NCBI GenBank assembly: GCA_964016885.1
Contig: OZ024758.1
Coordinates: forward strand, 21,204,001-21,268,000
Source: Eledone cirrhosa
Taxonomy: Eukaryota
DNA: 64,000 bases
Reading direction: 5' to 3'
Part shown: positions 28,005-40,317 of the stretch, piece after piece
Position numbering within the stretch: position 1 is the first letter of the stretch
Layout: the number at the start of each line of letters is the position of its first letter
Position numbers and translations under genes: made by a program
The notes under the pieces: model-generated
The model's database searches: none
Told to the model about the DNA's origin: nothing
What the model saw: the letters and a program-made list of their open reading frames with translations, nothing else

Positions 28005-28136
28005 GTGAAGGCGTGTGGCTGACTGGTTAGAGAACTGGATTCTCAATCGTGAGGCTGTCAGTTCGATTACTGGACCGGGCGATACGTTATGTCCTTGAGC
28101 AATACCCTTTATGTCACGTTGCTCCTTCTTCCTGGA
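28005..28136 (+). mobile_element. tRNA-derived SINE family S2, 5' part
   Basis: gtgaaggcgtgtggct..tggttagag...gttcgatt...gtccttgagcaa...cacgttgctcc; homologous to 43423. Confidence 0.75.
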
Positions 28137-28648
28137 GTTGCGACCGATAGATAGTATTAGTAAATTGAAAGACCAACATTTCTTGGGTCCGATTTGACGA
28201 AGGTCGATCAACAAATTTTATTTATTAATTTTTTTTACACCATACGTTTTCATTTCCTGAGTTAACCTGCTGTCTGCAATTATTTATCTGAATAGTTAAT
28301 GTTAGAAAAACGTTAGAGCTACTAAAAGACGTATCCTTGAAGAACTGAATAACCCTGTATTAAAACTGGGATAGAATTATTTCCTTTATGCGTAGATTTT
28401 TTTTATATTATGTGAAAATAAATTTAATCGATACCAAAAACTTCGGAAGACATGGTAACATTCAGTGACATTTCTAAGAATTCCCACGCTTATTTTTCAA
28501 CAACACATATTCCATATTTTTTTCTACCCAATATTATATGGGGTTGAATATTTAGAATCTCATGAAGCCAATAATAAATAACACCCTAATATATATATAT
28601 ATATATGTGTGTGTGTATGCATATAAATACGCACACATATTTATATAC

Positions 28649-28684
<36 letters not shown>

Positions 28685-28685
<1 letters not shown>

Positions 28686-28731
28686 GGAACCAGTAAGACC
28701 CCGACAGCTGAGCTCAAGCCGTTTCGACGGC

Positions 28732-28736
<5 letters not shown>
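28685..28736 (-). mobile_element. Family A HHR 3' half in (TA)n
   Basis: taggaaccagtaagaccccgacagctgagctcaagccgtttcgacggctaatt. Confidence 0.8.
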
Positions 28737-28762
<26 letters not shown>

Positions 28763-28786
28763 GCATATAAATACACACACATAAGA

Positions 28787-28830
<44 letters not shown>

Positions 28831-28989
28831 GCACATGCGTATGCGTGTGTGTTTTTGTATGTGTATGAACGAAGACAAACACACATACAGACATATAAAT
28901 ACTTATATATGTTAAACATGTATATGATCTTTTGTTTGTAACTAACATACAACTATATTAGAAAATACCTTGCTTCCTACTATCAGGTT

Positions 28990-29030
<41 letters not shown>

Positions 29031-29111
29031 CTCAAATATAAATATTTATATATAATATATATATATATATATATCAAATAAAAATGTGTGTATATAAATT
29101 ATATATATATA

Positions 29112-29160
<49 letters not shown>

Positions 29161-29589
29161 ATTATCTAATATATAAAATATATAAATAGTACCACGATAT
29201 TGTAGAGCGGCCATTTTTCGGAAAGCGTAACGTGACGTTACAAAGCAGCCGACCGAAACATCTGGAATAGTTATTGATTTGAATGGTACAAAAAATGATG
29301 CAAATCAAACTTACTAGAGTTCAATGATGTTGCTCTGATATTTCGATCAATAAACTTGTATAAATCTGTGTTATTGTTCTGTATCTAACTCATGATGTAT
29401 ACAACGCTCCCAAGCCTTGCCTCGTTGTCGTCTCGTTGTTATGCAGTTGCTTCGCAGTTGCTTTTTTTTTTGCCTCACTTATTATGTAGCGTTCAATGAT
29501 GAAGATAATTTGGATCTTCCAACACATTTAAGGACATACATTTTTTTACATACGTATATATATATATATATATTAGAAAGAGAGAGATA

Positions 29590-29660
<71 letters not shown>

Positions 29661-29687
29661 AAAAATAAATTGGTTAGCTAATTTCCC

Positions 29688-30290
29688 TCAAGGGGGAGCG
29701 TCCACAAACATGACACTCTGGTATCTCTGGTTGTCATGCCATGAGGTGACTTTCCGTATCTTATGTCTAGCCCTATCTAAGCTATTCCATGATTTGCTCC
29801 TGTATAATGGGCAAATTTCTTTCATGTCCAGTTCTATGAGGGTCTTATACTTCTCCGTGGCTCCTTCGTATACTCTGATTTTGTCTCTTTGGTTGTAGCC
29901 AGAGAACTGCATGCGGTTGATGAAGTGTTGGATGTGTCTTTCCATTTCTGTTGGGTCGCACATGCGGGACACGTTCTTCATCACTCGTACCAAGTCTGCG
30001 ATCAGAATATTAAACTTAGCACTACTGGACATTGCTGAGTTTTTGAGTATCAGGTATTTGGAGTCCATGGGTTTAGCATAGTGTAAGTGGAGAATTTGGG
30101 CTCTCTCGTCTATAGTGTTAATCCAGAATTCCGTGTCTAATATAGGTAGTCTATTGTTAGGGGGTTTGGAAGGGTAGTCGATAGTTAGCTAATTCCATAC
30201 ACCAGAGTATAACTATCTGCTGGATGCTTTCCATTGTGCTTCGTTCTAAATCAAACTTGTTAGTGCGCTCTTGTGGAGATGTTCTTATTA
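29688..30290 (-). mobile_element. Penelope-like element (probably Neptune-type) reverse transcriptase C-terminal/thumb fragment
   Basis: In frame from 30185: TIDYPSKPPNNRLPILDTEFWINTIDERAQILHLHYAKPMDSKYLILKNSAMSSSAKFNILIADLVRVMKNVS...SGY...CPLYRSKSW...SVMFVD; upstream frameshifted DLERSTMESIQQI; DxPS..PxLD, YxKPM..SA, SGY and PLYR are PLE motifs. Confidence 0.85.
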
Positions 30291-30808
30291 CTATGATCAG
30301 CAAAACCTACCCTTTTAAGAAGATCCATATACTAATAGGAAATGTATCATATGTAAAGTAAACCACCAGATAAACTGTAAAACTAGAAACGTAGTCTATA
30401 GCATAAGATGTACGGAGGGTACTTGCAGAAACATGACAACAACATACATAGGCGAGACAGCTCGTAGCATAGGTGAAAGGATAGACCAACACGGGGGGGA
30501 GGACTAAAAGGTCGAAAAAACGGTTCAGTACTATACGAACATACCAGACAACAACACGACGGTAACATAGACAACATAGAAATTAGAATAATATCTAAAC
30601 ATAGAAATGACCCAGCAGATAGGCAAATCAGAGAGGCCAGTGAAATAGCACTTAGAATGCCAGGCTAAACAGAGAAAATGAATGGAATAACAACAACAAC
30701 CAAACAAACAGTGAGTGTGTTCTGTTATTAATTCTGGCAATATTACACAAATATGACCCTCCCCAAGTATATATATATATATATATCTATATATATATAA
30801 GTATATGT

Positions 30809-30889
<81 letters not shown>

Positions 30890-31025
30890 CGTGTGTGTGT
30901 GTGTGTATATATATGTGTGTATATATGTATATATGTATATATGTATATATGTATATATGTATATATGTATATATGTATATATGTATATACAACTATATAT
31001 GTAGATATGTGTATATATATGTATA

Positions 31026-31056
<31 letters not shown>

Positions 31057-31057
<1 letters not shown>

Positions 31058-31246
31058 ACGAAGGAAATGTGGTAAGGAACCAGGTGGACCATAACGCAAC
31101 AAAGTACTCAATACTTAGGGTAGTAGAGTGGGTAATAGGAACCAGTAAGACCCCGCCGGCTGAGCTGAAGCCGTTTCGACGGCTAATTCTGGGTCCAGAA
31201 TTAGCCGTCGAAAGGGCTTGAGCTCAGCCGTCGGGGTCTTACTGGT

Positions 31247-31252
<6 letters not shown>
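31057..31252. mobile_element. Family A tail plus fold-back of HHR 3' halves
   Basis: Arms 31136-31192 and 31195-31252, centre ttctgggtccagaa; flanked by (TA)n. Confidence 0.85.
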
Positions 31253-31319
<67 letters not shown>

Positions 31320-33104
31320 TATATATATATATGAGTGTGTGACTATGAGGGTGTGAGGGAGTATGTGTGCTCGAGCGTACTGGTGGGGAAAGTCTGTATC
31401 TGAGCATGTGTGTATGCGTGAGTACGGTGCGCGCTTTCTTTCAAGGAAAATATGAAAAATATATCATAAAATATTTAATATTGTGATATTCTAGATGGAA
31501 CTATTCAAATTATCCAAACTTCTCTAAATGAAAACATATATCAAGACGTGGAAGTTTTCCTGGGAACGTCAGTTGAAAATGATGACGGAAAAAGAGATTG
31601 ATCTTATATACTTTTCAGATTGATTGTGTTGGCCTTGATGTTTTTATTTTTAACACGATATCAGCCCTGACTAAGCAGAATTATTGCTACGGATCTTCCA
31701 TCAGTTACAACTCTATATTATTCTATGCCCCACCTTATAATTTCCTATCTGTCATGTGTTATAAAAAACAGTATAGGTCTGATTTGAGGAGAATTTATCT
31801 ACTGCTTCTGGTATATCGAATGACATCTAACATATTCCTCTCTTGGATCGATTTCATACGCTTCTTTGTGTTGTGCACGTCCAGCTAAGATTGTATATCA
31901 GAATATATCCAGCAGTTGCACACGCTTCATCTATTATGATATTTTTATATTGATAATGTTTGTATTTATTCTGAATGTATATTTTATTATATGTCTAGGT
32001 TTTCTGTTAGTGCGAGGTCTTCCATGATATTTATCACGCTTAATGTTCTCCGCTGTAATCACTTACCACCTTTTATCCTTCAGAATTAAAATATTAATGT
32101 CCGAATTATACATCAACTATATCGATTTCATCTTTTTGAGACTAGAAATGCCATGAGAAGTCATAGTCCTACTCCCTTGACTAATTTTATTAAACTGGAG
32201 CTTAGATTGTAAAACTACATTCACTTACAGAATTATACAGGATCTCTCGAAAATATATATCTACAAGTATCCGTACTTTCTCTCAGATTGTTGCATATAG
32301 AAAAGTAAATATTAGATATATATATACATAATATTTGTGTGTATAAAGAAACAATACAGTTCCTACATGAATCACAACACTGAAGATTCATCTTCGCACG
32401 AGAATGTAATTAAATCTTCCTCAAACTGCATCCTCCATTTTGACGAAAGGAAGATGTCAGTGAATAATGGAGATCTTGATGTCCTGACACAAAACTTAAA
32501 CTAGATGATCACAGCTGAATAGGGTTTTAATATAAAGCTGAAATTTACAATGCAGTCTTCGGAGTACATAACAAAGACAAGACATTTCTGATGTGCATAA
32601 TGTATTCTTCTTAAAACTGAGTAAATAAGAGAAAGAAATATTTTAAAACACGCCTTTCAACGTCTAGAATTCCACTTTATGCTACTTTTTATACCTTAGG
32701 ACCAGAGGTAACTTAGGACCAGAGGTAACTTCCGAATACAAAATGTGAAACTATCAAGCGAGGCTCCAATCGAACTGCTGACAATTAAAATTCATGCTCT
32801 GTGGATTATCAAGGATTGGTCGTATAGAATCAAAGCTAAATGAACATATACAAGTGCATTATATCTCAAAGGAGAGGACTACATGTTACTCCAGAGCACA
32901 CTGTTGAAAATATAATATAATGTAAAATAATTCTGAAATAGATTACTTGACGGCTAAGAGCAAACTTTCGCCAAAAGCAATGAATTCTTATATATGAATC
33001 GGCAAAGCAAAATATATAACATAGGTATAAGTGAATAATTGAACAATATGATGTGAATTGTTCTATCGAAATACTATAGAATAGTAATAGTGAAAAATGT
33101 CATT

Positions 33105-33293
33105 AATAATTGTTTCTACTTTAGGCACAAGGCCAGCAATAACCAGTGCATTACTGGTACATTATTTTATCGACCCCGTAAGGATGAAAGGCAAAGTCAA
33201 CCTCGGCGGGATTTGAACTCAGATCGTAAAGGGACGTAACTATGCTGGAAAGCATGGCGTCCGACCCTCTACCGATACTGCCAATCCACCGCC
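33105..33293 (-). mobile_element. SINE S1, full length
   Basis: Near-consensus copy. Confidence 0.9.
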
Positions 33294-33305
33294 TACTAGG
33301 TATCA

Positions 33306-33494
33306 ATAATAATTGTTTCTACTTCAGGAACAAGGCCAGCAATACCAGTATATTACTGAAAGTTTATTTTATTGACCCCGTAAGTTTGAAAGCTAACGTT
33401 TCCTCGGCGGGATTTGAACTCAGACCATAAAGGGACGTAACTATATGTTAGAAAACATGGCGTCCGACCCTCTACCGATACTGCCAATCCACCG
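33306..33494 (-). mobile_element. SINE S1 (tandem with previous copy)
   Basis: Near-consensus copy with a small deletion. Confidence 0.88.
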
Positions 33495-33616
33495 AATATT
33501 GCAGAGATGAGTCAGCAGCTATGATTAACTACGTGATAAGAAATTGTAGTTTGGATACATAAACCCAAGTCTATGGTACAATAATAAATATTTATATAAT
33601 ACTACTCACACAATAC

Positions 33617-33732
33617 ATAATTGTTTCTACTTTTGGCGCAAGGCCAGCAATTACCCAGTGCATTACTGGTATTTTATTTTATCGACCCCGTAAGGATGAA
33701 AGGCAAAGTTAACCTTGGCGGGATTTGAACTC
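33617..33732 (-). mobile_element. SINE S1, 3' half
   Basis: From B-box to tail. Confidence 0.85.
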
Positions 33733-34089
33733 ACAATACATATATGTGTGCGAGTGTGTGCCGGTGCATATTAATGGCTGTATTTCAGTTTCTGTGTGTA
33801 TGTGGATTCTAATCGACGTGTTAAAGATTCTGCACCCTGTCCGACTTACTAACAATTATCAAAGTATTATAGTATAATTATATTTTACTTCCACATTCCA
33901 GAGACTGATATTTCTCCGGAAATGAAGACGTGGGTTTGGTGGGGGTTTTTTTTTCGTATTCTAATAAAATATATTCTATTGTAGAAATGATAGTTTTATC
34001 ATTGAAACCTGTTTTATTATGTTGAATTTATTGGGTAATTAAAATAATATGATAAATTAATACCGACACTTATTTCTTAATGTTGGATA

Positions 34090-34310
34090 GAAAGCTGAAT
34101 CGTTAGAACGTCAGGTCCAATCTGTACTCTGAGTTCATATCTCAACGATGTTTTCTTTGACTTTCACCCTTTCAATGTCACCAAATCAGATAGTCTTTTA
34201 CTAGGCTAAATTCTTCCTCTCTTCGTCTCACTTTTTCTCTTCATCTTTCTATCTTTCGTGGGAAGAAATCGACACAGTTCGGCCAGGTTTACACGTCGAG
34301 AGTCTTAGTA
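34090..34310 (+). mobile_element. Old SINE family S3 (Meta-like core, pyrimidine-rich 3' part)
   Basis: tcgttagaacgt...ctgagttca...ctttcaccctttc...ctttctatcttt...gccagg; diverged homolog of 42645. Confidence 0.55.
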
Positions 34311-34957
34311 TGTTGCAGCATCGCTCCTTCGATTTCATCGGGAGTTCCAGTTCTATGAACACTATAATCGTGTGGGGGGTTTCTAATTCTAATTCATCAT
34401 AATTATATAAAGGCATTTCTAAAAATGGTCAAGGAAAATAAATCTCTGTTGCATAAAACATTTTCAATGAATTCGTCAAGTACACTTGACCATACAATAA
34501 ATAATACGTTTCTAAAGCTTATAATATCTTTCATACATATCACTACGATTATTGATGACGTAACTTGAACTGACATGTATGGGTAATTCGTGGTAATAGT
34601 GATAAATATCGTCATATCAAATTACGTATTGAACTAAGAATTGTATATGTTTGCAATGTACTAAAGTCCCTATAGAGTTAGTTTAGTGTCTGCAAAAATA
34701 TTTCATTGTTAAATATTGCGATATATTCTATCTGAACGGGATCTCAGATTATATAAGCATGTGACCCACGAATTTGTACCCATTCTATACTATTAGAATA
34801 CCCCATGTAACGGAATGCAAATAGACAGATCTATTTAATAGGAAACGTCTTCGAGTTGACAGAAATTGGCAGGTGATTGTGGCCGCAGGACCAAGCCACA
34901 CAAGAAATACAACCAAAAAGGATACCCGTCACAGTTAAACTATCTTAAACGGAATTA

Positions 34958-35125
34958 CCGTATTTACCGGCGTCAAAGACACTACTTTTTTCCTAAAATA
35001 AGTCCATAAAATGTACCACGCGTCCTGGAGCCCGAAGGTTGTTTATTATTTTTTTTCAAATTTTTGGTTGTCAAAATTAGGGTGCGTCCTAGAGGACGAA
35101 GCGTCTTCGGCACCGGAAAATACGA
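34958..35125. mobile_element. pogo/Tc2-like MITE, copy 1
   Basis: TA-ccgtatttaccggcgtc ... ggcaccggaaaatacga-TA; homologous to 37045. Confidence 0.8.
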
Positions 35126-35853
35126 TATGTGAAAATGATTTTATATGATATTGTCTCTAATGATTTCAGTTTAACGCTCAGAGAGAATGTGAATGTTTCA
35201 TACGGTGGAAGATCTACAAGCATCTGTCAGTAAATATTTACAAGTTACCTACTGCTACAATTATATATAACACAGCAGATTTCTGTGAGAGCAAAAATTA
35301 CCATATTTTGATTTACACAACTTTATTAACGATTTCCTAATTAAATTCTTATCCAATTAAATTCCATATTTACGACGAGGTCAGTTTGAAGTGATTTTAA
35401 TATCAATTGATTTTGAGAGCATGTAGCATTCAAAAATACAAAATATAAGTTCTTGCAGCATACTACCCTCACAAACATCAGATCTGAACCGACTATAAAC
35501 CAGCCCGTATATCTGGGGCACTAAACTGAAATAAAACCTGAAGTTCAGCAAACATATGCTTCTTTCTGAAGCATCGTAATCATATAGAAATAGTACTACA
35601 CATTCGTATACAATAATGTATTATAAACATTCAATCGTTTGCAGAATACTATGTTCACTAATTCAGTCATATACGTATGTAATGTGTGTGTATGTGCACA
35701 CATGTATTCGTATATGTATGTATATATATATATACATATATTTATATATATATATATATATATGCATGCGTGTGTGTATATATATTAGTACATGTGTCTT
35801 TATTTGTGTTCAAATTTAGTTATGTAGAGGAATATATGCGTGTATGTAAGAGT

Positions 35854-35924
<71 letters not shown>

Positions 35925-37044
35925 TATATATATATGTGTGTGTGTGTGTGTGGATGTGTGTGTGTGTATGTGTGTGTATTCAAACGTACGTGTGTATCTC
36001 ATTTAAACCATGAATGGATATCTGCACAATTACTGAGCTTCACACGTAGTGTATACACACAACTACATTTCACTGCTCTGTTTTATCTTATTTCTTCGTT
36101 CCTACATTACTGATATCATACATCTTTTTTCATATCTCCACCTAAGATACGTGCGTACCATTCGTGAGTTGGAATAGATTTAACCGTTTATTCACTCATC
36201 TACAATGCCTGGGACTAGTGCGAATGGAACAAATCAATATTTGATTTTCTCTATTCGCAAGTGCCGTATAGAAATGCGTATTTCCAGTGAGGTGAAACCT
36301 TGATCAGTTTTCGATTATCATTTGAAAGGACTTGAGTTTCCTTTATTCTAGTAGTGCCTTTGGCAAAAGCATGAAAGAAAGCACGCCCCATTTAAGCTAT
36401 AAAATATAGGGACTTGATCGCTAATTGAATGGAATCAATATTTGATTTCACTCTACTCATACACAACATTGTACGACCCAACAAAAGCACTTCTACATTG
36501 TCATTTTGCATGCTAGAAATAGCAGTCAAATCGCTTTCAAAGATTGCCTTATTGTGTTTAAAAAGACGCATTAGATGATATGATGTTACATGTTTTCTAT
36601 ACAAATGAAACTGATGCGTTAATTAAAGCTGAAGATAGGTTTTGATTCTCTGTCTATTTGATCAGGTTTACTACTAAACCATTAATGTATCTGAAATTCT
36701 GAGAGAATATATAATGTTTCTTATAATCTTATTTCATATCCGAATTCATCTATTTGTGTTCTATACTTGAGACCACTCGACTGTATGTTGCTTATATTTC
36801 AAATATATTACCTAATGTATATATTAACAGTTTCGACTTAAAATATTGATAAAATAATCAATGTCAACTAGATCATAGTCATCAAACCCGTTCTTTAATG
36901 CTCATTAACAATCTACTTTTATCATATTGGTTTCGAGCATTGCTATAGAGATGTTGTCAAATTACGATCAGGTCTAAACATTCAATTCAGGGTACGACTC
37001 TCAACTGAAGTCTGGAAAAAAAATATTCCAATAAAATATATTTA

Positions 37045-37214
37045 CCGTTTTTCCCGGCGTCAAAGATGCTACATTTTTTCTAAAATAAGTCTCAAAAATC
37101 TACCATGCGCCCTGGAGGCCGAGGGTTGTTTATTTCTTTTTTTTTTCAGACTTTTGTTGTCAAAATTAGAGTGCGTCCTCGAGGACGAAGCATGTTCGGC
37201 GCCGAGAAATACGG
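37045..37214. mobile_element. pogo/Tc2-like MITE, copy 2
   Basis: ccgtttttcccggcgtc ... ggcgccgagaaatacgg. Confidence 0.8.
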
Positions 37215-38136
37215 CGCTTAGAGCTACAGGACTTCCAGTATTTCAGCTAAACCTGAGCCAATCGACTTCATATATCTGGAAAGGTCTATGTAGATATTGA
37301 GCGCCGCCTTAAAATGTATGAACTCCAAAACAAAATGTTTGTTTTGTATATGTTACTATCGTGTTGAATTCCAGGAATTGGTGCTAAAGATAATTATATA
37401 GAAATGCTAATTAAAGCGATAATTATCATAGTTGATCTTTAATGATCTATACTAATTTCTGTCCCTAGTATTCCAATATTATACATTTACGCAGAACATG
37501 TTGTTTTCTTCTTATAGAGAAATATATAAATATAGGTCACAATTTATCAATGTCTGTTATTGATACTACTCCATGCTAGATTTTCTCATATCATTTAACT
37601 AAAAATATTTGCTTTTTTCGTTTTGCAAAAAGTCTGAATGAATATCATGCATTTTATTAATTATGTTCTATAAGTGGCATTCTTAATTACCAAGTACCTG
37701 TTGTACTAATTAATGAGACATGTAATTAAGGCATTCAGTAATTCATAATACTAGAGTAATTATTATCATATAAGAAAATACTGGTAATTAAATAGAACTA
37801 TACAGTCATCGATTTGTGATATTCGAAGATGTGCTTATGTAAAGTTTCACACTACTCGAGTATACATACATTATTTGTGTATAAGGCCAATTATACATAC
37901 ATATATATGTGTGTCTGTATGTGTGAGTATATATATGTATAAACATAAATGCATATATATATATATGTATATATATATTTGTATACCCATATATATATGT
38001 GTGTATGTGTGTGTATGTGTGAGTATGTATGTATATATATATATATACACATAAATATATATATATATATATTTATATATATTTTATACCCCTATATATA
38101 TTTGCGTGTGTGCGTGTGTGTCTGTATGTGTGTGCG

Positions 38137-38170
<34 letters not shown>

Positions 38171-38171
38171 T

Positions 38172-38379
38172 AACGAAGGAAATGTGGTAAGGTACCAGGT
38201 GGACCATAACGCACCAAAGTACTCAATACTTAGGGTAGTAGAGTGGGTAATACATATATATATATATGTATATAGGAACCAGTAAGACCCCGACGGCTGA
38301 GGTCAAGCCGTTTCGACGGCTAATTCAGAATTAGCCGTCGAAACGGCTTGGGCTCAACCGTCGGGGTCTTACTGGTTCC

Positions 38380-38381
<2 letters not shown>
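38172..38381. mobile_element. Family A tail, TA spacer and fold-back of HHR 3' halves
   Basis: Tail 38172-38251, TA run 38252-38272, palindrome 38273-38381 centred at 38327. Confidence 0.85.
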
Positions 38382-38436
<55 letters not shown>

Positions 38437-38770
38437 ATTTCGAAGTTTGAAAGCCACGTGTGTGTATGTATAATTACAATTTATACAACATCAAGTAGGT
38501 AAATATTTATGTATGCCTTTATTTGTTTGTGTATTTATGTTGTGTGAGCGTGTCTGTGTGCAGGTATGGATGTTATTGCATGTGTGAATCTGTACAGTTT
38601 GAGTTATATGTTTCTGTATGTTAACATGCATATATGCAGTTATTGCTTGTTGAATTTGTGAAATGCTTTACATATTTTCACATTTTATTCCTGGGTTGTA
38701 ATTGTAACTCACTAAGTTACTGGGCAATTACTGGTTCGGGGATGTTTACTGGTGGAGATATAACATATGT

Positions 38771-39100
38771 CACAGCCTAGTGCAGTCTGTAACTAACCCA
38801 AGTTCTGCTGCACGTCGGGCTGAGGAGGCCAAACTCTCCAGGTACCGGCCGCTCTCCGACAAGTTCGCGGTCGCCTCCTTGGCAGTGGAGACTTATGGTG
38901 TCCTTGACCCTATGGCTACCTCCCTATTCACACCATAGGCGCTGAGCTATCCAGCCGCAGGTGTGAGCCTCGCGTGCTGGAATGGCTCTTCCAGCGCATC
39001 TCCCTTACCATCCTCCGGGGAAACGCCTTCTCCATTTTGTCCGCCGGGGCTGTGGGGAGACCAGCTCGTGGGACCCCATTTGCTCACCATACGGATTAAT
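38771..39100 (+). mobile_element. CRE-clade retrotransposon 3' end (restriction-like endonuclease C-terminal region)
   Basis: SAARRAEEAKLSRYRPLSDKFAVASLAVETYGVLDP..(frameshift)..IGAELSSRRCEPRVLEWLFQRISLTILRGNAFSILSAG. Confidence 0.85.
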
Positions 39101-39494
39101 AGGCATAGGTTATAAACTATTGTAAATAAAACCTCACAACTGCAAAAAAAAAAAAAAATGATTTCACATTCGTAGGTAACTTTTGATTTTTGCATTCCCT
39201 CACAAACCAATAAACACACACATACACACACACACACACACACATACACAAAACGGCTAACATCAAAACATTCCCTTAAAATTGCAGTCACCGAAAACTA
39301 AACTTTAAAAGAAATAACTTGCAATTGGATCCGAGGAAATGCATTTCTTGAACAGTAATCTGGTTGCATTTCAAAACCATTCAAATAATATTTTTCGAAA
39401 ATCTTCATTTATGCCAGAGAGGTTATATTGCACTCACAAGCAGCCCAAACAGTATCATCTTCGAGAAACAATTCAGTCAGAATCATACATACAC

Positions 39495-39577
<83 letters not shown>

Positions 39578-39663
39578 GTGGGGAGAAATATCAGAACGTA
39601 TGTGCGCGTGTGTGTTAGTGTATTTATATATATGTGAGTGCATATGTATGTGTAAATATAGTT

Positions 39664-39755
<92 letters not shown>

Positions 39756-39770
39756 ACATCTTTAATCATA

Positions 39771-39805
<35 letters not shown>

Positions 39806-39820
39806 ACATCTTTAATCATA

Positions 39821-39872
<52 letters not shown>

Positions 39873-40096
39873 AGTGTGTATGTGTGTGCCCGTTCATATG
39901 TACCATTGTATGTCATAACTTTAATAGTGTATGGACGCATTAAATTTTAGAATGTATATGTGTATATATGCTAGTAAACCCAGAACATATAACCTTTAAA
40001 TATTTAACTTGTCTTTATATGTATACATTTATATATCTACATACATATATGTGCATATCTAGATATATACATACACACACATGTCGGTATACACAC

Positions 40097-40182
<86 letters not shown>

Positions 40183-40261
40183 GTGCGTGTGGGTGTCTGG
40201 TTGAGTGTATAAAGCCGAATGTTCGGCTTTGAAGCGTTGAAAATATATGTATCTATATAGA

Positions 40262-40317
<56 letters not shown>

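Noticed and set aside
29673-30194. gttagctaatt direct repeat as a target-site duplication around the RT fragment
   Set aside because: RT homology continues past the right copy, so it is internal; chance or microhomology
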